This document shows positions 32,173 to 46,800 of a stretch of DNA of 64,000 bases, piece after piece. Numbering within the stretch: position 1 is the first letter of the stretch; every line of letters starts with the position of its first letter. The notes beneath the pieces were generated by a model. The model did no database searches, was not told the DNA's origin, and saw nothing but the letters and a program-made list of their open reading frames with translations. The translations under genes and the position numbers were made by a program. The DNA is from Pecten maximus. Lineage: Eukaryota. The stretch is taken from NCBI RefSeq assembly GCF_902652985.1, contig NC_047024.1:15748001-15812000 (forward strand). Direction: 5' to 3'.

Positions 32173-33717
32173 AATTGTAAATTATATACTGTACATACAT
32201 AAATCACAATAGCTATAATAATCCAATTATATTTCTCATTCTTTTAACTTTGAGAATGATATGTAAACGCGAATGTTAAGAGGAAAATACATCATATGAA
32301 ACATGTTCATGAAGTTGGCTAAAATACAAAGACATCGACCGGTATTAACAGGTGAAATAATACAGAAATGGTTTTGAAATTGTTTATTTCCTTAAAATGA
32401 AAGACCTCTAATTATATCAATGCAATTTCTCATTGCATAGCATTGTATAAAAATAATGATTCAAATGTATAAAAATATGTTAAGTATTGCACAGTTGTAC
32501 TCTCCACATAATCCTTATCCCTCATTACATGAGGATCTCTGACGAATTTTTGGTCAATAATATATTTCAGTTACGAACAAATGAAATCGGCAATGCAAGG
32601 GATATAACTCTTGACAAAACTAAATAGTCAAAATGTTGTTCCAAGTTTCACATCTATAATATATAACAATGGGACGAACATAACTTAATAAGCTAGTGGA
32701 AACGAAATTAAATTCTTTATGATTTAGGAGTCTGGAATGAACTCGAAATTAAAATACTCTATAAGACAATGCGAATATTACAGCACTTCTTTATGTGTAA
32801 ATCCTAAAAAGACGATGCGTATAAATAGGATGTGCTCAATAATATTGAATTGTTTCTAATAGTTATCTTCAGGTATGAAAGTATGTTTTATGTAAGGATG
32901 ATTGTGTTACGCAACTATTGAATATTTACATATAATACTGAATTATTGTTTAAAGTATTATTCAGTCCCGCTGGCTACATGAGCAGTGTTCGGTTTTATC
33001 AACGAGCCTCAACTTACAAAATCCATTTACTATAGATGGTCCTAGGGAAAGCGTTGTTTAATTAAAAGACAAAAAAATTGCTAAGGATTTTCCCTTAAAT
33101 TCTATAATGCTTTCCTTCGGAAAATTCTAAGTTAAGTAATTCATTTAATTAAAGGAACGTTGATGAAACTGAGATATCAACTATTCATTGTTGAAATCCT
33201 ATTTAGACTTAATTACATGTTTCATTTAAAGCTGTTTATGTGGAGTTTGAACAAACGTTTCGTCATATAATCTCTTTCATATTTCAGTTAGAAAAATATA
33301 ATATCCTTGTTAGTTGTCAAGAAATAAAATGAAAAAAATTGTAGCCATCCCCCCCCCCCGGTCAGCGAGAGACATGTACTATTTTGTACTTGATTCACAC
33401 GAGTCCAGATCACATGACAATTGTATTACGTCATCTTTCTACGTTACGACAGCACTTTGCACCTCCTCTCAATTAACACATGTTATAGCTTCGTATCAAT
33501 CGTCCATTTGATTAAGATTTTCCAGTAAAAAACATTCACTAAACAACTTAATAGTCTGATAAGGGAGACACGAGAGTATCTTTAAAAAAATGTCTGATAT
33601 ATAGATAATTGTTCCCGGGTTGATGTGATGCAATTGCGATGAAATAAATAATCCATCATCTTGAAATATAACTGTTATTCAGCTTGCACTCATATTGACA
33701 ATAAATGAAATATGATT

Positions 33718-34959
33718 TCAAATATTCTGATTCATATCCGCCACGCATTCCGACAGGTACCGCAGAAGAGGTTTCGGTAGTGGAAGTTTACCGATATCTT
33801 CAGCTAAAACTGAGTCAACGATAACATCCCTGCAGACACGCTTCAGTGATTTCGTCCCAAGAAAATACGGATGCATGTCTTCTAAGTTGTAAATTTTCCC
33901 ACCACAGCAGGCGTACCTTCCACTTGTGGAGATCATCGGCATATACTGAATAAACAATGTCGGGGAAATGTACCAAAATGACCCTAGTTTGTCATAGCAA
34001 TCAGGATTAAACCAGTAGACGGTCACAACCTGCATACCACAGATGGAAGCGATGGAGTGGGGATGTGCAGCGGTACCAATAACGCTGAGAACCAACGCCG
34101 AACCGTCATTCATAAACTGTAAGTTTTGACACTTTCCTGGCAGAGCTGGGCAGTCTGTTCTAAATTGGATGATTTTAAATAAAAAGTTGTCCCTGTTTGT
34201 TTTGTATAGACTAATCACACCCCGGTCAGACGAGGTACTTGTGAACACAACCAAATCATTGTTGGTCCGTGGATCGAATACGACGGAGGACTGATGACAT
34301 GCAAGTTTTATCTGTTCGCTAAGATTGTCACATGGCCTCTCCTTGCACTCTGACCTTTCCCAGTTTATGCTGACTAACGACACGTGCTCCACTTCACTTC
34401 CTGGAGCATACATTGTAGCATATAACTGATTTTGGGATACCAGTAAAAAGTTTTCATCCGGGCTAATTTGACATTCGTAAAGCTGCAGTTTATTTTGTGG
34501 ACAATACGTACGGTCATACACGACCTTACATGAAGCATAATTCAAACTACAAATAAAGAATTTGATGGTGCCTTGACAAAACACTTGGATGACTACAAGG
34601 TCCTTCTGAATACCTACGACATTGCATATTTGTAATCCAGTGTTTTGTAGCAGACGTGGAGGTAGAATATCGAGTTCCCTGTCCTCGTAGAGTATAATCT
34701 TTACCATCTTATCGTGTGTAATATCCTTGACACATAGCGAGGACACCCGCCCAAACCTCTGGACCTGTGCGTGGATATGTCGGTTGTCTGTAGTATGGGG
34801 TTGTAATGTATAAGACAAACAACATGAATATTCGCCAGTATGACTCGCCGCCGAACTAGGTGATGACAACAAGAAAGGCACACACGCACTCGTACTTGTA
34901 CCCAGGCCACTGTTCGGTAGATGTCGTTGCCGACGGGTACTGTTGGCCGATGCACCCAT
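33718..34959 (-). CDS. Intronless SOCS-box protein with probable beta-propeller-like repeats, 413 aa from the ATG at 34959
   Basis: Uninterrupted 1.24-kb ORF in AT-rich DNA. The C-terminus KSLKRVCRDVIVDSVLAEDIGKLPLPKPLLRYL fits a BC box plus LPLP Cul5 box. Blade-like motifs CQISPDENFLLV, LQFMNDGSALVL, MISTSGRYAC. Confidence 0.85.
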   Translation of the reverse strand: MGASANSTRRQRHLPNSGLGTSTSACVPFLLSSPSSAASHTGEYSCCLSYTLQPHTTDNRHIHAQVQRFGRVSSLCVKDITHDKMVKIILYEDRELDILPPRLLQNTGLQICNVVGIQKDLVVIQVFCQGTIKFFICSLNYASCKVVYDRTYCPQNKLQLYECQISPDENFLLVSQNQLYATMYAPGSEVEHVSLVSINWERSECKERPCDNLSEQIKLACHQSSVVFDPRTNNDLVVFTSTSSDRGVISLYKTNRDNFLFKIIQFRTDCPALPGKCQNLQFMNDGSALVLSVIGTAAHPHSIASICGMQVVTVYWFNPDCYDKLGSFWYISPTLFIQYMPMISTSGRYACCGGKIYNLEDMHPYFLGTKSLKRVCRDVIVDSVLAEDIGKLPLPKPLLRYLSECVADMNQNI

Positions 34960-37862
34960 TTTGCAAATCCTCAACTTATATAGAACGAATCCACATGTGT
35001 GTGTAATGTACTAGTTAACACCTTTGTCACATACATACATCGTAAGTCATTCTATCCATACGATATTTAGGTTATAGTTCCTACTATACGACACATGTTA
35101 TGTGACTTTACACAACTGTACATAGAGGAATGCTTCGATTTCCTCTAAAATTCATCGCCGATCTATACGTCTGTCCGCCATTATTGTTTATATGCAGCTT
35201 GTTGTCAGGTCTTTAGTTGTTCCGGGTCAAAGGTCAGTCGAGATTTTATCGATCACTATATCCAACACAGGTAAATACCTACCTGAGTCAGTGTGCTAAA
35301 CACAAAAGATGTCTGCATACGTCACGCCTACTGGGTTTATGTTACATTATACCTGGTGTTTAAAGCCAAGCCGGTAGCTCTGATAAAATACACGTGTGTA
35401 CTCGGCCCGTCTGTTATATGGTATTTGTATTGCGTATTCAGCAGTACTCAGACTGGGTGTTTACATTTGCCGTATTGTACATGCTTTTAAACTGTCAGCG
35501 GTTTCAAATTTCGTATATTTCTAAACACACTGTATTAAGAATTGTTTGTATTCTTACATAATGGAGTCCAAAATATGTCGTGGGTAGCTTCGTCGTTACA
35601 TTTACTTAAAACATAGCATATTAGTATTCATATATCTATCACTGAGATTTCTCTTACTGATATAAAATGGAATATCTGTAAAGGTCGTGCGAATCGCTAA
35701 CGTTACATCTATGATAAACTAATATATCTATGACCATTCAAACTTAAAAGCATAGGCGTGCTCGTTTCAGTATGTACAGTGATCATCTAGGCACATTGTT
35801 TTACCAATCAATACATGTTTTTCTCAATACAATATACTTTATCATTACAACATTTGGTATATATCCTATCTGATTGTGATTAGGAAGCTTAATCAAAACA
35901 GTGTGGATTCAAATCCTTGGAAAATGTATTATAGATTTTACATTCATATAATATTTTCCAAATATCTTAAAATCGGTAAAATGAAGTTTAAAATCAGTCG
36001 GTGGAAGTGATAATGCCGATTTTGCGGTGCGATCTGCTTTTCATTGCCAGGTATTCCGGTATGTCCAAGAATTCCGATTCTCAAACAAGGAAAAGACACC
36101 ACTGACCCATGGAAGTGAGACAGGGGAATCTCAACCCTCGGGGTAAGATCATTAAGCTGCCAAACACTCGGCAAGACTCGTGTTCGGCAACTTAAGAATC
36201 TTCCCCTCGGATTAAGATTCCCCTGTCTCGCCCCCAAGAGGGTGAAAGATTCTATTAATCTGTTATGTACATGTATAACCCTAGCTATGTATCTTGTTGT
36301 AGGTGATCACGCATTATGATACTTTAAAATGTAAACTTATATGAACATACAAAGTTACACGTTATTCAAGTATGAATTTTAGTGTAACTTAACTTTATCG
36401 AAATTTATTTTAGTGAATAAATTCCCTGTACCACTATTGTTGTATCCACTAAAACATCTGCAAATGAATGACGTCATTATAATTTTATTTTATATGTGTA
36501 ATTTCCTCTGATCGAATCTTTTGATTACTTTAGGCGCTAATTAGCACCACTGACGAGTCCCGGAGGCACGAAACTTCCTTTGTAGAGTTTAATTCATTTT
36601 CTCTCAATTATATTTTATTTTGAAAGGTACTTATACTTGTATATTTGCAATAAAATATGTTTAAATCAAACAGTCTTTGTATGATATATAAATATTTGAT
36701 GATGTCTATTTGATTGTATGACATATGGGTGATTGTATGACGTCAAATGTACAAATATATGACATATTCGATATCATAAGTGATTAATTTAACGGCATAA
36801 TTCGTGATTTATTACGTGTATGATTTTATGACGTGTTGCTTCATCACGTTATTTTATGACATGTGCTTTAATACTAGCTACGAGTTGTCATCATTTGATT
36901 TTATTATGTTTCACAAAATTATGGCATCCAATAAGACGTCACGGGAAGGAGTTTCAACTACAAATGTCATATTTGAAAGTAATACCGATTTTTTGTTTGT
37001 AAAGTAATTATTATTTGCGTTCACATAAGAGTAATGACCGTTCACTTATTTTTTTTTCTCGTTAGAATTACGTGCGAGAACTTGTTTCCATTTTATTCTA
37101 GATTGATGATAATTCTTTTCCATTTGAATCAGATTAGTTTTCGTTTATATTCTCTATCAGAATAATGAAAGAAGTAATTACTTGTTTAACTTCAAGTTCA
37201 CAAATAGAAACAGAACGTTATGTAGAGGGCAATCCTCTAATTACATCTAGGTATTGTATGGAAATCACTACGTCGAGTACAATGCTGTATTCGATTGCCA
37301 AACTGATATATGTGTTTATTAAAAAGTTCACTTCGCCAATGTACATTAAACGACGTGCATAGAACAATGTCCTTAAAAGATAATGTAAGTTTGTATCTAT
37401 CAACTTGACACATGAATCACTTATCAACATAACAAACATGAACACAGGTTTAACAAGAGTAAATAATTCTAATCTGGGAATAAAATCTAATTTAATTAGA
37501 AATGTATATATACTATGGAGAATATCCCCAATGTGATTTCCCCCTATCGACATAAATGAGTATTCCAAACAAGTTCATATCTCATTTTTATTACAATATT
37601 AACTGAATCATAGCATAGTAACAGCTTACTCGTCGCCATCTAATCGAAATCAATATTACGGTTTCCTAAAAAAACATCCATGCACACATCAATTACTTTC
37701 TGACTGGGAAAACAAAAGATGTATCAGATAGAATAGAGTTTGTTTAAAGTCCTCGATATAGTATTGGAATGATGATTGTACATAATACGTTATATCCATA
37801 TATAACATGTTTGTTTCAGTTTTGACAAGATTTAAACAGTCCCGTTACCATAGCTACGCTCA

Positions 37863-40800
37863 CTAGCTGATCACATTTAATTTCCTTCCAATATCTACAA
37901 ACGCATCTACGGCCCTGTCAACTTCCTGTTCTGTGTGCGCAGCCGACAGCTGGACACGGATCCGGGCCTTTCCTGTAATTATAAATAAGCCACATCCGTT
38001 TTATCAATGGTACATCTATATGAATTGGCACTAAACAGAAGTGAGATGATTCCATTTTGTTTTTAATTTTTCTAATTAATCTATTTTCTTTATTAAAAAA
38101 TTAAAACTAGATAAACGTGCTGAACAAAAGAAAATCTAAATAGAATGAAGATGAAAGTTGTAAAACATGTAAACAAATTTGTTCCCTGAAATAACATTTG
38201 AATAGAGAAAAGGTAAGCATTGTGATGAGCAAAGATCAGGAAACGGAAAGGATCTAAGAAAGGAAAGTTGTATGACAAATTGATGAAAACTTCAAATGGC
38301 TTATAGGTACTATATATGTATATACACATTTTTGTTGAGTTTCGATAAAGAATAACATGTATGTAATTAAATAAATATGTATATCAAATAAACAATGATT
38401 TAAAAAAAATAATCAAATGTGCATTTGGTAAACGGTCAGTATAAGAAGTATGTCTTTGATATGTCTTTTGATATGATATTAGATAATGAATATCTTTATA
38501 ATAACTATACATGACTTTATTAAAAATAGATAAATTCGTATAATGTAATAAATATACACATAATTAATATATAATCTAATACATGTACGTTATAAACATA
38601 ATGAGCACAAAGCGAAGATTTTATTATCATTAATATATATAGTATATGCTTGATATCAGTCGGTGAGATTTATATGGAAATAACAGAAAGCTGCGTCACA
38701 AACAAAGACATTATATATATATATAATTTTTAAATGATGCAAAGATAGAGAAATAATTATGAATATATTATACATGTATATCAAAACTTTAATTTACCTG
38801 TAGGTACCACTGGGAAGCTGAATCCTATCACATATATCCCTCTCTCTGGAAAAATATAAATAATATAAATAGTATTATCATTCCATATACATTTTAAAAA
38901 TTACCTAAAGTTTAACTTTTATTTCAAGATTGTAATGATAAAATTAATCACGAAGTCCACAAAACTGCGTTAAATATGCAGTATCTCAAATTAAAAATTA
39001 AACGCGCATAATTGCGTACCTGGTGAAGTAGTACCGATGAAAACAATTAATATGAACTGAAATACGGGCAACGTCAGTAAAATGATATCACCTCGCATTA
39101 TATCTTGGGTAACTATACAAAGAGTGTCCATGATATCAACAACACATTTTCTGGCATTTTTTATTTTTATTTTATTATTATATATTTTTTTTATTAATCA
39201 ATTTACTGATTTCAATTTCTTGTAACGCTTGATGATCAAATTGATACCCTCTTTCTTCAGGTCGTAAATATAGCGATAATATAGCCACTAATACGAGGGA
39301 TGATGAAAAAGGTATTCAAGGATGTTCTTTTAAAGTCCCACTATTCTCCGATTATAAAGGGCTGTTTTCCCAAGGACTGGTCTCATTCGGTTAGTTCATA
39401 TCGACGAGGTATCACTCTAGATAAACAAGCGGATTTGAAAAATGGACAAAAGAGCAGTGATCCAATATGTCCATCAAAAATGTTTAACACCTAAGGATAT
39501 CAATAATGATATGGTAGCAACACAAGGAAAGATGCCACTACATACGCTTCACTGAAAAAGTGGGTGGGTGGCAGAATTTAAGCGCGGCCGACAGAGCCTT
39601 GAGGATGACCCCGTCCTGGAAGGCCTGTTAATGTTGCAACCCCAGAAAAGGTCAATAAAGTTCATGGTATTGTTATGACTGACAGACGAGTCACAGAAAG
39701 ATATATAGCCAGTAGAGTTGGCATTTCACAGGAAAGAATACATTCCATTCTGACCGAGGATCTTGCAATGAGAAAGCTTTCGGTCCAGTGGGTACCATGA
39801 CTTCTGACAGTTGATCAGAAGCACACCAGGCGCACATTATCGCGTGATAATCTTAACCTTTTTGAGGAAGATCCTGTCATCTTCTTCAAATATTTGTCAC
39901 TATGGATGAAACATGGGTCCATCATTTTACCCCAGAGGCCAAACAACAATCGAAACAATGAAAGCACCCTGGCTCTCTCCGCCAAAAAAGGCAAAGACAG
40001 TTCCATCAACTGGGAAAGTTATGGCCTCGGTTTTCTGGGATGCAGATGGTATTCTACTGATATATTATCTCCAAAGGGGACAAACAATCAATGGATGACT
40101 TTCTGAACAGCGAAGAAAAGGAGTTCTATAAAAGTGGCATTGAGGCCCTTAAACACCGCTGGCAAAAGTGTATAGATACTGAAGGGGATTATGTTTAAAA
40201 ATAACACAATTTGTCCGACAAAATTCAAATCCTTCAATATGAGGCTCACAAAATACAATCAGCCTTCGTATATGACATGAATTTGACGCGCGGAACGGCA
40301 TTCAAAATAACGGATGCAATGCTTACCCAACATCTGATCGGCAAAAGCACTAGCTAACCTGGCATCGCCCAACATCACAGGACAGATGGGATGGGCTGGG
40401 TCTCCCTGTAAAAAAAGGACAAGAAACAATCAAAGAAAACGAAGAAACTGTATTATTTAGCGAGTTATCTTTTTTGATACGGAAACATTTAAATATTAAG
40501 TCGTCGATGGTAGTGAATAGAACAAACAAAAACATGGTGCTAAAATCTTGATGAAAGGTATTATTAACTGGTGACCCTAATGATTCAGTAAATGGAAACA
40601 ACATTCAAAAGTAGGATCAATTCAAGAATGCAATGGATTGCAACTACGATATCAAATCCTCCATTGAACAGAAAATAAGTGACTGAAGAAACGCGAAATC
40701 ACTTTAAGCGCTCTATCTAGGGGGTGTTGCCGATTGCAATGGCCGACACCATCAGGTGAAAACTGGTTACTCAGAAAACATGCACTCAGCAATACCCCGG

Positions 40801-43800
40801 CAGTGATTACAATGCTTAACATACCCCAACAGTGATTAAAACACTCTACTTACCCCGACAGTAAATCCAGCGTCTTGCATCTTTGCACGGAACTGTTTGG
40901 TGTTTGATAGCACCTTCTTGTTGAGGTCATCGTTTGCGATGATCAAGTCAAGCGCCTACATTTAATACAGTAGGCTTTTTTTACATATACAAAGGTCTAA
41001 AAACGTACAATGTAAGTTTATAAACGATTGAATCCCAACGTAATGTTTTATTGAAACAAAATCTAGTCAACGTTTCTTATACAACATACAAAATACACCA
41101 AAGCAAATATTTTCATTCGACGACTTTGTCTACCGATATCATCAGTTATATACATGTATGCATTAAGATTTTGTTTCTTACACACAATTCCTTAAATATA
41201 ACAGTTTCAACCCTCTAGCATAGCATACCCCTGACATAATAATTTGTTTCTTCACTGCCGTCTTCATTGACAATTCCAAAGCAAATGTTTCCTTTATCTT
41301 AAAGATAATATACACCGCCATCACAAGAGTAATTGTTATGATGAATCAAAAACAATGATATGCTGTTGTTGTTTTTTGTTTGTTTGTTTTTGTTTTTTTT
41401 TACACACTACTGAAAGTTAGACACCTTTACGATATTAACACCTCCCACAGTTTGTGGTTATTTTTTAATTTTTTTTAAAGGGGCATTCCTTCGTTTGAAT
41501 AAAGTTAAGGTCATCAAAATTAAACTTACTGGAAAAATATGTATTTTTCCAATTAGTAAAAAGTTATAATATTTAAAGTAATAAAACAGTTTTACTTTCA
41601 AAATAAACCAAAGTATCATGTCTTGAAAATTCTTAATTCGATCCGAAGTATCACTATATACCGATACAATAACACAAAAAAAACAGAGTTTAATCAAAAT
41701 CTGGAAGATAAAAGAATTTTTTTCGAAGAAATTACAAAAGGTATTATTATCTGCTCAGTTCATTTTCCATGCGTCAATTTTCGAGATCTTATCATATCCT
41801 TGCAAAAAAAAAAAGTAAAAATGTATCACTAACCTTTTTGTTTCCTTGTTATACGGAAGCATATCTGTTTTCATGTGTTTCCCCGTTATTTTGAGTACAG
41901 TAGTTCCATTTCGGATCTTATCAATTCATACTGGTTATGATGTCTCTGTTCAATTTACTTCTATGATGAATTTAGAATTTGCCAATGTTTTCTTTACTAT
42001 TCTTACCTTACTGGCGCACGCCACGACAGCCGGTGGTAGGGCGTTTGAGAAGAGATATGGCCTTGACCTCTGACGCAGTAATTCGACAAGTTGCTGAGGG
42101 CCCGCGGTGTACCCTCCTGAAATAGACACGTTTTGGAAGGAGAAACTACATTACAGGATAACTGTGATTATAACTACCACTAACTAGGTTAGGGGAGTTA
42201 AACCGGGTTAGATGTTCATTGTGTCAGTGATTATAACTATCAGTAACTAGGTTAGGGGAGTTAAACCGAGTTAGATGTTCATTGTGTCAGTAATTATAAC
42301 TACCAGTAACTAGGTTAGGGAGTTATACCGAGTTAGATGTTCATTGTGTGAGTGGTTATAACTACCACTAACTAGGTAAGGGAGTTAAACCGAGTTAGAT
42401 GTTCATTGTGTGAGTGGTTATAACTACCACTAACTAGTTTAGAGAGTTAAACCGGGTTAGATGTTCATTGCGTGAGTGGTTATAACTACCACTAACTATG
42501 TTAAGGAGTTAAACCGAGTAAGATGTTCATTGTGTGAGTGGTTATAACTACCACTAACTAGGTTAGGGAGTTAAACCGAGTTAGATGTTCATTGTGTGAG
42601 TGGTTATAACTACCACTAACTAGTTTAGAGAGTTAAACCGGGTTAGATGTTCATTGCGTGAGTGGTTATAACTACCAGTAACTAGGTTGGGGAGTTAAAC
42701 CGAGTAAGATGTTCATTGTGTGAGTGGTTATAACTACCAATAACTAGGTTAGGGGAGTTAAACCGAGTTAGATGTTCATAATGTGAGTGGTTATAACTAC
42801 CAATAACTAGGTTGGGGAGTTAAACCGAGTAAGATGTTCATTGTGTGAGTGGTTATAACCACCAATAACTAGGTAAGGGAGTTAAACCGAGTAAGATGTT
42901 CATTGTGTGAGTGGTTATAACTACCAATAACTAGGTAAGGGAGTTAAACCGAGTAAGATGTTCATTGTGTGAGTGGTTATAACCACCAATAACTAGGTTA
43001 GGGGAGTTAAACCGAGTTAGATGTTCATTGTGTGAGTGGTTATAACTACCAGTAACTAGGTTAGGGGAGTTAAACCGAGTTAGATGTTCATTGTGTCAGT
43101 TATTACAGGTACGACAAAAAAACATCAAATGGTCATATAAAATACACATACAAGTGTACTTGTGAAAAACATGTATGACCTCAGCTGTTGATAGGACGTT
43201 AAACAATACAAACCAAACCCACACAGGGGAGGACATCCTTAAATAACCTCAGCTGTTGATAGGACGTTAAACAATACCAAACCATACCCACACAAGGGAG
43301 GTCTTCCTTAAATAACCTCAGCTGTTGATAGGACGTTAAACAATACAAACCAAACACATGGGAGGTCGTCCTTAAATGGCCATAGCTGTTGATAGGACGT
43401 TAAACAATACCAAACCATACCCACACAAGGGAGGTCGTCCTTAAATAACCTCAGCTGTTGATAGGACGTTAAACAATACTGAACCTTACCCACACAGGGT
43501 AGGCCGCCCTTAAATGACAATTACTGTTCTAACCCACACACGAGAGGTCGTCCTTAAATGACCTCAGCTGTTGATAGGACGTTAAACACTATAAAAACCA
43601 ATAGTAAACCGACTCACCTGCCGCTCCTCCTAAAGCCTTCCCCAGCGTGGAGTTGATGATATCAGAACAGCCTTCCATTCCAAAGTACTCCTCTGTTCCT
43701 CTGACGAAAGTAACATGACCATCGTCAATCCACAATATTGATATGAACCTTGTTTGCTATCCACATTTCAGATATAGCGGAAATATTTTCGTTGGCCGAA

Positions 43801-46800
43801 AATTTTGTAATTTTCCATTTTAGTAATGACATAAAGATTCCACTGTTAAACACTGAACACGATGATGATTACGTTTTCTGAGAAGACATCTTTGTAAAAA
43901 ATTCTCATAAATTCGTGCCATTTAACAAAAGGAAAATTAGCCCGCGCATCTGTTTAATTTTACTCCTGGTTAATCTAAAATGAAGTTGATACTAGTTTTT
44001 AACAAAAATTATTAGATTAAAATGTTAATTGCACAATTCTAATTACATATAAGTAATTTGATGACAATACATATATAAACACACAACGGTCTGGGTGTTA
44101 GATTATACTGGGTAAAGCCGACACTCCTCTGTCCTAATGACTGTTTTATGAATAATATGTCTAATCTCTAATTTTTAGCTGATAAAAAATGTTAATAGGA
44201 TTTCCAACTTCTGGTATATTCAATTTAAAAGAAAACGTGGACTTCATTTCCAGTAACATGACAGATTTTAAGTGTCTTTGATGCTACAATGTATTTATTC
44301 GACCACGGGCCAGTTCTAAGTCATACTCACAGAGTATATGCTTGGTATAGAGTCGTCTAAGATTGGAGCTGCTAATGCTATATACATATGGTACCGGTTG
44401 GAATTCCTGCTTCCATTTCTTATACACAGATAGTTTATTATCTTCAATAACATATCTATCTTTATTAGTTGATAAATGTTTGTGTTAAGGAGGACTCAAC
44501 TCTTAACTACTTTCTTAGTTTTACTTTTTATTGTGTTTTTAGCACATTTCCCCCCAAATCATTTATTTCAAACTTTATGGTAGCCATCACTTGACGTATA
44601 TCGGTGTAATGTTGAAAATGGACCCCCGTGAAAATTGTCCATATTCCATGAGTCGGAGTGAAGAATGCGCAGATGGTTCAATTTCCAACGTCATCCAGGG
44701 TCAAAATTCAACGTTGATAGCTGACCACGGGTCATTTTTCAACAAGGGTTCATTTTCAACGTTACACCGGCAATAGACGGTATCATATCGTATATTTCCT
44801 AACAAGCGTATTAATGGACAGATTGCTTTGACAGATCCTAGTCAAGTACATTATGTAACAACAATGACAAGTACATTATGTAACAACAATGACAAGTACA
44901 TACTGTAACAACAATGACAAGTACATTATGTAACAACAATGACAAGTACATACTGTAACAACAATGACAAGTACATTATGTAACAACAATGACAAGTACA
45001 TTATGTAACAACAATGACAAGTACATTAAGTAACAACAATGACAAGTACATTACGTAACAACATTGACAAATACATTATGTAACAACAATGACAAGTACA
45101 TTATGTAACAACAACGACAAGTACATTATGTAACAACAATGACAAGTACATTAAGTAACAACAATGACAAGTACATTATGTAACAACATTGACAAATACA
45201 TTATGTAACAACAATGACAAGTACATTATGTAACAACAATGACAAGTACATACTGTAACAACAATGACAAGTACATTAAGTAACAACAATGACAAGTACA
45301 TTACGTAACAACATTGACAAATACATTATGTAACAACAATGACAAGTACATTATGTAACAACAACGACAAGTACATTATGTAACAACAACGACAAGTACA
45401 TACTGTAACAACAACGACAAATACATTATGTAACAACAACGACAAGTACATTATGTAACAACAATGACAAGTACATACTGTAACAACAAGGACAAGTACA
45501 TTATGTAACAACAATGACAAATACATTATGTAACAACAATGACAAGTACATTATGTAACAACAATGACAAGTACATTATGTAACAACAATGACAAGTACA
45601 TTATGTAACAACAATGACAAGTACATTAAGTAACAACAATGACAAGTACATTACGTAACAACATTGACAAATACATTATGTAACAACAATGACAAGTACA
45701 TTATGTAACAACAATGACAAGTACATTATGTAACAACAACGACAAGTACATTATGTAACAACAACGACAAATACATTATGTAACAACAACGACAAGTACA
45801 TTATGTAACAACAATGACAAGTACATACTGTAACAACAAGGACAAGTACATTATGTAACAACAATGACAAATACATTATGCAACAACAATGACAAGTACA
45901 TTATGTAACAACAATGACAAGTACATTATGTAACAACAATGACAAATACATTATGTAACAACAATGACAAGTACATTATGTAACAACAATGACAAGTACA
46001 TTATGTAACAACAATGACAAGTACATACTGTAACAACAACGACAAGTACATTATGTAACAACAATGACAAGTACATTATGTAACAACAACGACAAGTACA
46101 TTATGTAACAACAACGACAAGTACATTATGTAACAACAATGACAAGTACATTATGTAACAACAATGACAAGTACATTATGTAACAACAATGACAAGTACA
46201 TTATGTAACAACAATGACAAGTACATTATGTAACAACAATGACAAGTACATTATGTAACAACAATGACAAGTACATTATGTAACAACAATGACAAATACA
46301 TTATGTAACAACAATGACAAGTACATTATGTAACAACAATGACAAGTACATTATGTAACAACAATGACAAGTACATTATGTAACAACAATGACAAGTACA
46401 TTATGTAACAACAATGACAAGTACATACTGTAACAACAACGACAAGTACATTATGTAACAACAACGACAAGTACATTATGTAACAACAATGACAAGTACA
46501 TTATGTAACAACAACGACAAGTACATTATGTAACAACAATGACAAGTACATTATGTAACAACAATGACAAGTACATTATGTAACAACAATGACAAGTACA
46601 TTATGTAACAACAATGACAAGTACATTATGTAACAACAATGACAAATACATTATGTAACAACAATGACAAGTACATTATGTAACAACAATGACAAGTACA
46701 TTATGTAACAACAATCTTGTATTTTAAATAACATGATAATTGGGTATTTCCCCAATTCACTCTCAATGTTTATTTTGTTTTTCTTACAACTCCCAAAGTT

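Noticed and set aside
40676-40705. AAGTGA-CTGAAGA-AACGC-GAAA-TCACTT hammerhead-like string
   Set aside because: Stem II cannot form and there is no stem III or cleavage triplet.
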